A stretch of DNA of 63,530 nt, filler included, from Conidiobolus incongruus B7586 (lineage: Eukaryota), in NCBI GenBank assembly GCA_000697335.1. It is 7 parts of 7 records of this genome, joined end to end, with 100 filler letters (N's around TTAATTAATTAA, not from the genome) between each part and the next. Parts side by side here need not be neighbours in the genome. Positions count along the whole stretch, not along the records: positions 26,454 to 38,562 come from JNEM01000096.1; positions 38,663 to 50,719 come from JNEM01000103.1; 5 more parts are not named here. One strand, 5' to 3'. This document shows, in pieces, positions 30,377 through 46,059 of the stretch; positions within the stretch are counted from its first letter, which is position 1, and every line of letters starts with the position of its first letter. The position numbers and the translations under genes are program-made. Below the pieces are notes generated by a model, which saw nothing but the letters and a program-made list of their open reading frames with translations, was not told the DNA's origin and made no database searches.

Positions 30377-31156
30377 AATGATCTATAAATCTTTTATAGG
30401 ATGGAATGTTGTTATTAAAAATATATAATATCTTTTGAGAAAGATATGATTATCTTAAAAAAATAAAATCTTTAGGTATTTATTAATTTAAAATATGTAT
30501 TGGTATTAATATTCGAATATTCAAGAGTTAATGTCCAGTATACATGTATAAGATAGGATAATTTTTAGTATTTAAGCTAGCTTAATATTGTAATAAATTT
30601 ATATTTGAATACCGATAAAATAAAAAGAGTATAGTCCTATCACTGATTTTGAAATATATTTCCTTGAGTATACATTCATATTGAATATCATATAGAGAAC
30701 AAATTGAAGCTAACTCCTGATTGTAATATATACTGATTGATATTTAATGAGATCAAAATTTATGTTTTAACTATATATTAATGAATTCAATTTCCACACA
30801 ATTAATAATTTATAAAAAAGCTAAATAATAAATTGAGCTATATAATATTAAATAAATAAACCATTTCAATATTAAATTAGGATAATAATATTACTAAATC
30901 GGTGCAAAATAGATATCATAACATGATTGTTAAATAAAGTATCATTAGAGGTTTCATTTATTGCTGGAAATAAAAACAATTCACCAGCTAATAAAATGAT
31001 AAAAACAAAAGATTAAAAATTGAATCCAAAAATGTGATTAATAATTGAGCTAGAGTAAAAGAGTTATAGAGTTTTTGGAATGAAGCCGCAATGATAATTG
31101 GTCAGTAACAAGCTCACTGATTAGTAGAGGTTCTAATATTTCATCAGTCAAAGATA

Positions 31157-32419
<1,263 letters not shown>

Positions 32420-35074
32420 ATTAAATTAGTAGTATATTTCAATATTAAGATAAAGTCAAAAACTTAACAATTATAAGAAAATTAATACGATTCAATGTTA
32501 ATATATATTAAAGGAAGGTAATGATAGACTATGATAAGATATAATATAAATTCAAGTGGCACTAATGAATAAAGAGTTAAATGTTAATTAGCATTTAATC
32601 AAAAATAATCTTGTTTGAAAGAATAATAATTCAATTCTCTACTCAATACCCATAAAATTAAATTTATACCCACTATTAATATTCTCTATTATAATATTTT
32701 ACATTAATAATCTGATTAAGTGTTTAATATATATATCATAAGTATCATATAATAAACATACAAACTTTTATTTATCTATTAGTGACATTTTATATTTTTT
32801 AATTAAAGAATTTATTTTAATTGTTTTAATATATCAAATATAAAATCTCATTTAATATTATACATTTATATATTTATTATTCTTAATTTTAAATATTATA
32901 TATACTCTGTCTGAATATTATAAGAGAAAATATCTCTAATCCAAAGATAAATATTTTAATTGACTAATATTTCATTAAAATTAATATATGTTAGTTCATG
33001 ATGAAATATTGAGAAATACATATAAAAATATGTTGTGTAATACATTACAATTATTTGAATTCTGAAGCAATATTTAATAAGATATACCGAATAGTAATTG
33101 AAACACCATAGATAGGTTATAACCAGCTGAATCATTTTGTATGAATATAATATACCACTTTTATATTTATTCATATTTAATTCTTATGAAAATATGGAAT
33201 TCATTATACTAGATGTTCATAACAATCTTGATACAAAATTCATGTATATATGTGTTACAATAAAATTACCGATTAAAATTAATTATATAGCTCAAATATG
33301 GCATGTTACAAATAAGGCTACAATTATAACTATATATATATATATATAACAAGAGTATTTAAATATATTATGATTATATTTTAATTCTCTAGAATTAATA
33401 ATATTTTTCAATTTAATTATGTTTCATTCTAATTCAAATTAAATAAATATAAATTGATTTCAAAATTATCAGGCCAATTGAAAACTTCAATACAATATAG
33501 TTATTATAACTATAACTATTTTGACAATTCATAGATCAGCTAATAAATAAATAATATAAAGTACCAAATAATGTGATATAGCACTAGATCACTATAATTA
33601 ACTGAAGTTTGACCAAAATGTTAAGTAATGCTAATTATTAGAGGATATACATCGATGTTGAAAAGTTTTAAACACATTTTATTAAAAATATTTAGAATTC
33701 CTTAAAGGAATTTAATTTGATTTGATTCAAGCTTATTGATATTTACCAAAATAACTTGACAATCTAGTAGTGAATACAACCATTTTAAATTCAATATATT
33801 TTGATACTAAAGTTAATTTAGATTTGATATCAATAATATGATAATATATTGTTTATAATTTTTATTATAGCATTATAGAAAAATGTTTCATATATTATTA
33901 TGATTATTATTTAGCTATTATAAAATATAAATATCCAAACTTTAATTTTGAATAATTTTAATTTAACAAATATTTCAAAAGTTGATAATCAATTTTTTAT
34001 TAAATAATATTAGGATTATCAGTTATTAAACTAAAATAACTAATTAAATTTAATATATTTTACAAATTATTTACTTTTATATATTCAAAATTTATTATTA
34101 AAATTATATATTCTTTAAAAGTATTAAATTAATTAATCAAACCCATAATTATTCTAAATAACTATAAATTATTATTCAATAATCAGGTATTAATCAAATA
34201 ATTATGTATTATGAATATAGTTTTTTAAAACTTTATTTTAATTTCTATGCTCTATCATCAATTGTTTTTTGCATTATAACTATATATAACATTACAATTT
34301 GAATAAAGTTGATTTTGATATCATTAATTGGATTGGAGTGATATTTGAATTATATTAAGAAAATTATTAGCTAGGTATAAATAATTGGTACCAATCCTAT
34401 TGGTAAATATTTATAATAATATAACACTTGCAATTTGAATTCAATGTTTGATAAAGTGAAATCATTTTTTATTTGTTATTTAAGCATAATGATAAATTCT
34501 AAGTTCTATTGTTTGATGAATAATTGAAAAATGCATAATTAAATAAAATTAGTTATAGTCCAATGTATTATAAAATTCAGAATATCTGATATTCTGTAGA
34601 TTGCCAATTTTATAAAACCATTGTTATCAGCATTCAATCTTTCATATAATGCCGATTAAAATTTGTACACTGATAGTAAATACTACCAAATTCTAGAATA
34701 AACCAGCTTAAATAAAAAACAACTTAAAGTTAATTATGCTAAATCACCTACGTTTTTAAAATGGAAATTATAGAAAAATAATATTTAGAGTATCAAAATT
34801 TATTACGCATTACTAGCTCTATATCCATTAAAAGTAAATCAAGTATAAAACAAATATTCAAAAAAATAGATTCTTCAAAATTGAGTATAAGTCCAGGTAT
34901 TATTGATATATATGACAAAGTTTTAATTTGTAATGATGATTGTTATTAATTGAAATATAAATAATGATAAAATGAATCATATTTTTGAATTATATTGAAA
35001 TTATATAATTTATTTGTTTTTAATTCCATAAAATTTCCAATAAATTGAATTATAATTACTTAGATAATAATCTA

Positions 35075-35340
35075 CCCGGTTAACTTCATCTAGCAATCAG
35101 TTGCCTTAAGGAGATATTACCCTGGAACTCTCACCACGCCACTTCAAAGTACCATTTTTTGAAGGCTTAACACGCTTTTTTACACCACCTACGGCCGACG
35201 AATGATTTATACAAGAACCTTTGTCAGGACACATTTTTATCCTTATCTCCGGTCTCATGTGAAACCGATTAAATCCTAATAAAGCACCTTTACCCAAACT
35301 ATCAAACAAATAACGAGCAAGCTGTCTCCTTCCTTATTAT
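35075..35340. other. Small GC-elevated island of unknown nature
   Basis: GC rise in an AT desert; nested complementary segments; only an ATG-poor short ORF (35106..35309 minus) without recognisable homology. Confidence 0.3.
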
Positions 35341-36910
35341 CATTGTTCTACCAGAAATTAGTAGAATTAGAGGACGAAATAAAGTATTTTAACATTAATT
35401 ATTAATCAGTTTTGAAATGGATTAAAACTGTTTAACAAATAATACAAAGCTAATCAATACCCTGTATCAAATAAAAAACATCAAAAATCCATGATTTTTT
35501 AAAACATTTTGTTAATTTATAAACTTTTTAAATATTTCAAAAGAATAATAATCAAAATCATTTGTATCATGATTAAAATTATACACAATGTTCCAAATGT
35601 TTAATTCCTAAATAATCAATATATGAAAAATTCTGTATTATTAATATATATTTATAACACTATGATCAATTACGTTAATAATAGTAAATATATTCTCTTT
35701 GAGGTTTTCATTTAAGTTTGTTATATATTTATAATTCTATTTCTAGCCATATTCCAAAAATATTATATACATATATCATGATTTTATATTTAGTTTAATA
35801 TTCACCTTTATCTGCTTCAATACTTAAAATTAGAAAAGTGAAAAAAATATAATTATATTTTAAGTAAATCAATTAAAATGTATTTGTTCAATATATTTAT
35901 CAATGATATACAAAAATTAAACAATGTAATTCAATGGCATATATTAAAAAATTTAATATAACAATATATTTTATAAAAATATATATTATTTTGTATTTTC
36001 CATTATATTCTCAGGTTATAATATTATTAAGTATAAAAAATATCTACCATAAATTGCATAGAGATATTAAATATATTTACAATCTATCAGATAAAGTTTA
36101 AATTATTATCATCAACCTTAGTTTTCTTAATATTATACTTTCAAACTTTGATAATAAACCAATAATCTTAATGACAGATTTAATTGATGATATGAATGTA
36201 AAATGAAATAATTATATAAAAAATATATATTGCCATATTAATGGATAATAAATTGATATGATTAAAATTCAAATAAACCCTATACTTTTTATACCGATTT
36301 AAATACATATTGGAAATGGAATATCATTTGGTGTTAAAGTTTAAGAATTACTTTTCTAATAAGTATCTAAATTAATCATACAATACACTACAATTGTTTT
36401 AGTATAAAACATGAGGATACATATTAATAACCATTGCTACTAAATATCTTGTTTAAATTGACAGAATGTGATTTTCATAATAATTTATATTAATTAGGTT
36501 GAATGATTGAGTTTGTTAAGAAAATATCTTATACTAAAAGAGTATAATATTTATAATTATAAAATCCAAGTTATTGATAATGTATTCTCATTGTTAATAC
36601 GTTGAACGAATTTAGATAATAGGTAATAATAGTATACCTTATAGGGGGTTAGGAATAGTTAGGTTAGAAAATATATTGTATAGGTCACAAGAGAAAAGAT
36701 TATTTGATGTATTGTATGAGTATTTATTCAATTATATATCAAAATTATTTTTATGAAAATTTAAATATATTGAAAGCTGAAAATTAATGACACAAATTTC
36801 GAATTGATAAAAATCCCACAATTTCATGAAGCGCAATATTTTTCAATATGGTTATATGTTAAGAATTAATTAGTAGAAACTCATTCTTTTTGCCGTAGTA
36901 AAAAATAACC

Positions 36911-37216
36911 ATGGCTGTTTCCGTCGGAAAGAACAAGAAAAAGAAATGGTCTAAGGGAAAGGTCAAGGATAAGGCCAACAACGCTGTCACTTTCGACCAA
37001 GCCACCCTTGACAAACTTCTCAAGGAAGTTCCCACCTACAAATTGGTTACTCCTTCCGTCCTTGTTGATCGTCTCCGTATCTCTGGTTCCTTGGCCCGTC
37101 AAGCTATCAAAGATTTAGAAGCTCAAGGTCTCATTAAGCTTGTCTCCGCCCACTCTTCTCAGCTTATCTACACTCGTGCTACCGCTGCCGCTGTCGCCGA
37201 AGAAGCTACTGCCTAA
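36911..37216 (+). CDS. RPS25: 40S ribosomal protein eS25
   Basis: [18 protein letters not shown]...[34 protein letters not shown]...[11 protein letters not shown]; strong C/T-ending codon bias typical of a highly expressed gene. Confidence 0.97.
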   Translation: MAVSVGKNKKKKWSKGKVKDKANNAVTFDQATLDKLLKEVPTYKLVTPSVLVDRLRISGSLARQAIKDLEAQGLIKLVSAHSSQLIYTRATAAAVAEEATA

Positions 37217-38562
37217 ATAAACAGCCCCGATCTGTATTTGTAAGTTAATATAAAGCTTATTTATCTAATCTCTCTCTGTTAATTTTAGTTATTTGTATAT
37301 CCCTAACTGATCTATAAACCTCCAAATTCCTTTCAATATTAAGTAACCTGTCTGAGATTATGCCAGAAAGTATTGTTCAAGGCTATTTCTCTTGGAAGAA
37401 ATTCCCTCAATCGTGTGCAAATTAATTATTTTTTACCGTTACTTGTTTACCTATGATACAGTCTCTGGCTATGGTCGGTATATTTTTATATCCAATGTTA
37501 TTAGAGATCACGATCTTACTAATTCATCTTTTATCATCTACTTTACATTATTTTCATGGGCTTAATTCTTCTCAATCTTTATTCTTTTAGACAAGCCTTC
37601 ATTTTTTACTTTCCATCAATATACTGATATTCTTTATTAATATACACCAGATCTCTCATCTTTCAATGATCAAATCCATCTTAATCTTGATTATCTAATT
37701 TTTTGTACTGAAGTTCATAATAGTCACTTAACTAATATATTTTAATATTAGCTACTTTTCATTTCTTGACCTAAAAGTATTTTTTTCGTTTTTTAAAGTG
37801 TCGCCCCCCCTCTCTGGTTTCATTCCATATCTAAATATATTTTTAATTTAAATATACTAATATTATTTTATTTTAATGCTGCTTACTCTATATAAATCAT
37901 AGAAAACAACTCTGATACCTTAATGATTTTAAATTTACAATTTTTTAATGTACTTATGAACTATATATATATATAACTATTCAATTATTATTTTTATTAT
38001 TCAACCCATATTACTAATAATTCATATGCTTCCATAATATTTCAATACTTTTAGTCGGTTGTTGAATTACAAATACTAAGCGAACAGCTAAATATTTTTA
38101 ATAGACTTTTGTATTTTTCAATTTACAACATTGTATAAAATTCGAGAACAATAAAAATAATATAAAATCCAAAATATTTATTTCAATAAAATATTTTGTA
38201 AATATAAAAATTTATCTTTTTATTAAATACATCTATAATATGCTATTCGGAGTTAGTAAGTAATAATAATTCAACAATTAATTTTAAGAACACATTCAAT
38301 TAAATTTTGTTTAAGTTAATTGTGCACTTTTATTTTCACATTTTGTTTTACTATATTTTTAATTTCCAAATTTGTATTATGGAACCAAAATATATTCTTC
38401 ATACATATAATATTGGTTTATATATTCAAAAGAACAGAAATTTTATTATTTTTTAAATTTTAGATAATAATACCAATAAATTAATATTACCAATTATTTT
38501 GTAATTTAATTAATTTTTAATATTAAAATTTTATAATAGTTAAAAATAAATAATAATATTTA

Positions 38563-38662
38563 NNNNNNNNNNNNNNNNNNNNNNNNNNNNNNNNNNNNNN
38601 NNNNNNTTAATTAATTAANNNNNNNNNNNNNNNNNNNNNNNNNNNNNNNNNNNNNNNNNNNN
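38563..38662. other. Assembly gap linker
   Basis: 44N-TTAATTAATTAA-44N. Confidence 0.97.
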
Positions 38663-41600
38663 ATTAATTTAAATTATATAATTTTTAATTTATTTTATAA
38701 TTTTTTATTATTTAAAACAAACAATATTTTGAAAAATAAAAAAATAAAAAGTTCTCATTTTTCAAATCCAAGGTAATATTATTTTGATATTAACCTATAT
38801 ATTATTTGATCAACACAAATATAAAGTTAGATTAATAAAAAAATATATTTCAGCATTTGAATCATATTTCCCTTCAAATATTATTCAAAAATGAAATTTG
38901 TCAAGTACTTTGACTGTTGAATATTTTATATAATAATTCAATAAATGAATTCCATAGAATTTTATAACACATGATCCTTTTATGGATTCCAAGTAACTAT
39001 ATAATAAAAATAAACAATAATATTTCAATATTTTTAATTAAATATTGTCAAATTTATTCTATTTCGATATTATAAAACAGAATTGAAAACTAAATATTTG
39101 AATATAAAGTCATTGAAATGAAAGTATTTTAATTTAATATTATTGATAAATATTTCAAGGTTCATCATTTTAATATATTAATATATATATCTTAAGTCTA
39201 AAATATTAGAACTGAATTACTAAATTTCAAATATAATAACATAGAATAATTATTCAAAAATTTTATAATTTAACAAAGAAATTTGCTAAATATATGCTAT
39301 TATTCATATAATGATTGTTATTTGTATATTTTATACTTTGCCAGATTATAATAAAAAATATTAACTAATTTTATTTTTCAATATATTCAATAACTTGTAA
39401 TAAATTTTTTTAAATGTAAAAATTAATAATTAAGCTCACTGAAATAAAATTGAATTATTACAAATTTTTGGCTGGAGTTGAAAAATTAATTTTAAAAATT
39501 TCCACTAACTTCAAAAGAGTAATGGTAGTATATACGAGAATATATTCGATAAAATTAAGCAAAGTAATTGAATTTATGAATATTATGAATTGAAACTATC
39601 ATACATATTTTTACTTTTTATTTATTATAATAGATATATTAAATTGAATTATCTTTGAAGATTTTATTCAAAGTATGTTCCACCATCAAACATTTAATTC
39701 TTTATTTTCTAATGTATTATTAAAATTTTTTATAATAATTTTAGTTAAAAGTTTTAGCTACTCTTGTATTAATAATGTTAATATCATAAAATAATATGAA
39801 ATAATGAAACTCCATATAAAATATCAATACTTGGAGATCGTTAATATATTTTATTATATACAGTAATGTTAAGTACTATTATTATTTGTAATATAATATT
39901 GTTATATTAATATATTATTTTCCAATCATTATTTATCTATATATTTTAAATTAAATTTAACCAATATTATGTACATATTTCAATTATCATAAGTCTTATT
40001 GGTGAATTTAGTTATAAAATATATAATCTTAATAAATACTATAATAAAATCAAATAATCATTTTATTACTATTGTTCACTTGAAACCTATGATATTAAAA
40101 AATAAACAAAATTTCAAACTAGCATATACTCAAAAAACTGAAGTTGAAATAAATTGATTTACTTTCTTATCCTGATATTATATTATATAATAACAAATCA
40201 AAATATATATCGTAAATAAGCTCACAATCATAAAAGAATGAATATTTGTCATTAATCATGTTTGAGTTACCAAATCAAACACTTAGTTCACACCTAGACG
40301 ACCATTTCATTATATACTATATGGTTGTTTTAGAGGGAAATTAGTAATCCAAAAGGAGAATATATATTATTTGATTAATCTTGTTATTCATGTATAATAT
40401 GATTGCTTAGATTTTATCCAATAATTTTAAATTTATAATTATAATAATTTTTAATAAAATATATTTTCAAAAAATAGAAATTGAGCTAAAAACAATATAG
40501 TAAAAATATTATAAATTTAATTTTGCATATTTATCTATGATTGATATAATATATAAATATAATTCAAAGATGCCCTAGTAAAATAATTTTTTAATAAAAT
40601 AGGCTTAAGGAATTTATTGCCAAATTTTAAAAACAAATTTTCGGGATGAAATAAATGTTTGAAAAAATACTGATACTATTTTATCAAATTAAAAATTACT
40701 ATATCAATTGTTTTGCAATCAAAATAATTTGTATATTATTAGTATTATTTATCAATGTTTTACAAAATGATTAAATATTTTGTAATGAAAAATTTTACGA
40801 GAATGACAATGTAAGTAATTATTATTTATATTATATATCAATAGTATATTTGATATAAATATTATTTATCTAAAGTTGTATATTATTCACTATAACATAA
40901 ATCAATTAATAGCATTATATTAAAATAAGGGTAATTATGATATAAAATATCCCTATATAATATTCTTTTGATAAATTAATTAAATCACCACATTCAAAGT
41001 TTAGATTTTGTGAGGATTTTAACTATCTAATACGCAGTTTAAATTTATTCTAATATTAAGTTAACCTTTTTTTCAACTGTAAACATACTTTAGGGGAATT
41101 GATTGGTCAAATTAGTTTGAATTCTTAAAAACATTAAAGAATTATAGTAAAAATAAAAGTTAAATCATATTAAATATATGAAATATTATGATTAATAACA
41201 AAGGTTTAATAAATTACAAAGAATACTAATAATCAAAAAAAAAATAATGTTTGAAATAATGACTTAAACATTAATAATAAATTTCATTCAAAAACCCATT
41301 AATACTAAATAAATTTCCCATGAAGTGAACTCAAACTAATACTTTGGATTTTAAACCTTCGATATCAGTTTCGATCTCCACACTCTCTGTCTCTTTAGTT
41401 CCAATTCGCTAAATTATCAATAACATTTATTAATATTAATATATTAATACTATCAAATTTATCAATTATTATTATATTGTATAACTTGAAATAATTTTTA
41501 AACTTTGCTCACTTATTGATAGTATTCAATAATTGAACAATTGTAATAATTATTAAAGATTTTTGTCAGTTGAATGTTATAATACTTATTGTCAATTTTT

Positions 41601-41798
41601 ATTGTTAATATTTTTTTCCTATTCCGTTTTAAAAGGTATTGAAAAATTTATTTTTTTTATTAATTATATGAAATTAGAATTAATTTTTTTTTTTTAATTT
41701 TATCTAATTCAATAATTTAAATCTATTTAAAAAAATAAAATAAAAATTTGTTACTAATAAAATTTAATCTTTAGAATTCTAAAGAATCAATTATCTAT

Positions 41799-44700
41799 AT
41801 GACTAAGTCCAATTCCAACGAAAATAACAATAACAATAATAATAGTAATAATAACAACAACACTAATAGTAATAACAGCACAACGACTATATTATCCAAA
41901 ACGGTGATTTATAATAGAACTGGAACTCAATATTGGACACTTGAAGCTGAAACTCACCTTGAACACACCCCAAGTATTGTCAATTGCTGCGAATATCACG
42001 CAAAGATGCACCAAAATGCTCAACCTACCAGCGATGTTTTGGGGTTACCAAAATTAACCCAATCTAAACAGAAAGAAACCCAAGTTGAAGGTTGGTGATC
42101 TAGCATTCTTTTTTCCATTTGCAAAATGCTTCGCTATAAATTTATTTTGTATTGGAATTTATGAAACTTACTTGTTTTTGTATTAGTTGGAAATGTCCAT
42201 TCACCTTCTGAGCCTGTTCAACCCACTCCGCTTAATACTAAAACAAAAAAGAAAAAGAAGAAAAAATCCAATTCATCAGCTCCTAAACAGTCGTTGGACA
42301 TCAATACAAAAGTGAATGTTTTGGAGGGCGACTTGCTGTGGAGGCCTACTTCCGGTTTTGAGGAACGTAAACTTGCATCTCTATATTTCCTTCAACTAAC
42401 GGAAGCCGAAAGAAGGTCGATGGTAGGCCTCAGCGATCCTAATAATTTTTTCCTAACAGGGTCAGACTCATCCAACTCCTCAAAAAAATTTGTCGATTCA
42501 ATACCTTACTCCCTGCCTCCCACAACACCGCAGAGCTTGCGTTCCGATAACACTCATAATGGCGATAGACCATGTCCTTGCCCCTCGTGCTCGACTAAAA
42601 GGTGAGCATACATCATTTTCATTTTCGATATCAAATCCATGTGCTGATGCTATCTTTCTGGAGTTTTAGATCGTTCCTAGAGAGCGAACTAGATGCATTT
42701 TATTCAAATTACTACAGAGATCTCCGAACAGCATCGTCGTCTCAGCTAGGAGATCAGCTAGGATTGGAGTATGAATCATTCCCACCAGAAGTAATTGAAC
42801 CAGTAGATCCAACGGGACTTTCAGAATCAGAGCTGAACGAAGTTCAGAAAAAAGTCTTGAGAAGTAATTCAAAAAATTACTACATATCTATAATCAATGT
42901 TAACCTAAAATTGATCATATTTTAGATAAAATATTATTTGTCGCTGAAGATCTGTTAAAAAATGATTGTAGAAAATTCCTCAAAATGATCGAGGCGATGG
43001 AAGAGCAGAGGAAACGAATCCGAAATGGTAGACAAGAGGAATGGATGAATTACAGGAGAAGAAGAGCGATGAGCCACTCTCACGCAGATTCCTGCTGCCA
43101 TCATTCTTCTGAGGGTTGTAGTGATTCTGAAACTACAGATCATCCTCAAAATACTCCAAAGTAATTTCTTATTTAATTTGATTCATTTCCTATTATTAAT
43201 TGTTTGTTAATATAGAAAAAGTCATCAATTTGCTGATGAAGGAATTGACGAAGATCTTTGGGACAAGTGTAAAAATCCTTGTCCTCATGGATGTCCGGTT
43301 TGCTGTACTACAGAAGAAGAAGATGAAGAAGACAAGAATGAAAATGATTATCCTAATCATAATGATGCAGGATCTAACGATGAATATGATGATAATTCTA
43401 CACAACAACAAGTAATATGTCTTGATTTTTATTAAGATTACAAATCTAATACTCTCATAGGAATATTGTGAGGATGAGGAATGTATAAATCATTATAAAT
43501 ATCAAGATCATCATAATACTTCACATCAACCTAGACCATTAGATGATAGACCGATGCTCCAAGTATTTGTTACCAAGCTCTTCGAGCATAGGATTTTAAC
43601 ATCATATAGAGAGAGAGTGGCTGCTGAAAGGCAAAGAAAATTGCTTGAAGAACTCGAAGAAGAGTCTTTAGCTAAAAAAGAGAAAGAATCTAAAAAGATG
43701 AGAGATCGAGAGAAAAAATTGTTAAAGAAGAAAGAGCAAAAGCAAGCGAAACTACAGCAAGAACTGTTGCTCAAGCAGCAAGAAGAAGAAAAGGCCAGGC
43801 TAAATGAGGAAATGAAAAGAAAGCAAAAGGAAGCTCAGAAACTTAAAATGGAAAATGAAGCTAAAACTAAAGAGCAAGCTAAGCTTAAATCTTCAAAGGC
43901 AGCTAAAGATACACCTAAGCCTATTACATCAGCTTCTACTCCTCGAAAACCATCTATTTCGAATGCTAAATCTCCAGTTATCACCCCATCAATGCCCGGC
44001 AGTACTGAATCTAAGCATTCTACTGATCCATTAATAAAGGAGAAAAATGCAGCTGATTCTCAGCCAAAAACTAATAATAGTGTTTCAAAACCGATGTCAG
44101 GTAAAACACCTGACAATAACTCCATTGAAAAAGAGAAACCTGTTATTTCGGAAGAGTCAGTTTCTAAGAATCAGTCACAGGATTTATCAGAGGGCAAACT
44201 TCAAGATAACAGTAAGAAATCAGCTATTCCTAAATCTGTTGTCCCTGTTCCTTTACCCGCTTCCGTGAAATTGAACCAACAGGGTAATGTATCGCAAAGT
44301 GTACCAGCTCAAATATCTGCTACTCACAACAATGCTCTTCCTTCTGTTGAACCTCTGCCTCAATCCATACCATCCAAACCCTCAACTGCACCTTTTAAAG
44401 CAAAAGATATTGAATATCGTGATTGGGCAAATTCCCTATCTCAACCTCGTTTTTCCATCCAACCTGCCACTGTTCCAATTGTGAAGAAGACTGTTCCTGC
44501 ACCAGAAGCTCCTCAACCAATTACTCGTCCTACCACTTTTCAAAGTCCCTCATCTGTTCCACCAATCGAGAAACTTGGAAGTGAAGCATTATTGGATGAT
44601 GATGCTGATGCTAATCCAAATACACCAATGGTATCCTATCCATTTGGCCCTCCTCAACATCACATTCATAATACATCTATGTTTCCTCCTCCTTCGGCAC

Positions 44701-45272
44701 CTAACTTTGGGTTTGATATGGCAATCGTTGAGCAAATTCAAGAAGTTGCTAAACATGCATACCTTGGTTTATGTATAGCTAATGGAATTCAGTTTAACTC
44801 CGGATCATCATCTACTCCGTTCTTCCCATTTGCTCAGGTCTATCATCGTGTCATCTCTCTTCTGCCCGATCCTTCACTCTCTTCAGAAGAATTTTTTCAT
44901 TTCATCTCATGCCCCATCAATGGATATGGTAAGTTGAGTATGGGTTATGTTCCACACAATCAGTTTGAATTTCAGAACCAGCCCGACGGTTCTTTGATGT
45001 TGAGATATAGGCCTTCCACCATACCTCCCTCCCAAATAGCGCCTCACAATTACTATTCAGGATCCAATTCAACATTCCATGTTAGCTCATCCACTTCAAA
45101 TCTTTATCGACCAATGTCCAATTTTGCAACCCCCCAACTGCGACATCCCCAATCCTTTTTGACCTCGCCCAATCTTACCGGATTGAACTCAACGTCCCAA
45201 CCACCCCATCAGCAATTTCCTCCAGGGACTATTCCACCATTCTCTCTTCATCCCACGCAATCTCATCACTGA
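41799..45272 (+). CDS. NST1: Stress-response protein Nst1-like, 6 exons
   Basis: Nst1 blocks in order after splicing: KKKKKKK, LWRPTSGFEERK...FLQLTEAERRSMV, CPCPSCSTKRSFLESELDAFYSNYYRDL, ILFVAEDLLKNDCRKFLKMIE, MLQVFVTKLFEHRILTSYRERVAAERQRKLLEELEEE, then coiled coil and a P/S-rich tail. N-terminal poly-Asn tract. Confidence 0.85.
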
Positions 45273-46059
45273 CCAATAATCGTAACTAACGCGATTTTCA
45301 TCGCTATTTTATTATTTATATAAATTCCAAATCATTCAACTCCAAAGTTATATCCATACCTTATATATTACAATCAATACCAATCGAATTTTTCCATTTT
45401 TGTTAACTTTATAATTAATGAAATTGTTGTAGTATGTGATTAACTATGAATTTTAAAATTCAGATTTAAATATTTTATTATGAATTCATTCAATTTTAAA
45501 TTTTAAATTCTATAATAAATATTAAAAATTAGTTTAATATTTAATTGATATACTTGGAATTTGAGATTCACTATATCTAAAATCATATAATTTTATTTCA
45601 CCATTTTAATATATAATATTTGAAAAAGAGTTTTAAATTTTATAAAAATTTTTATAATTTTTTGAATCGGATTTATTATATAAGTTTAAAAATTTGAAAT
45701 ATTATTTTAATAAACTGGATTAATTTATATAAAAATAGAAATTATAATATATCAAAAAAGAATATTATAATGTTAATTTTAATATTGAAAATTTACTACC
45801 AATATACAAGAATCACAATAGTAACCAAAAATTAATATTCAAATTTTGGTTTTTGTTAGAAAATAGAGAGATAATACACTTTATATTATCACCTATATTT
45901 TTTAATGTGCGTATCAGTTATTCCTAATTACTTTAGTAAAATAAAATCTAAAATATTTTAATATGAAAAAAGATAAAATTAAAAATCTAAATAATATTAT
46001 GAATTAATACTTTAAAAAATTATCACAATAATTTATTTAATAATCACTACCAATATAAC

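Noticed and set aside
42423..42459. Intron-like GTAGGC...CTAACAG within NST1 exon 2
   Set aside because: Removing 37 nt breaks the frame, whereas the unspliced frame runs on to the conserved CPCPSC block.
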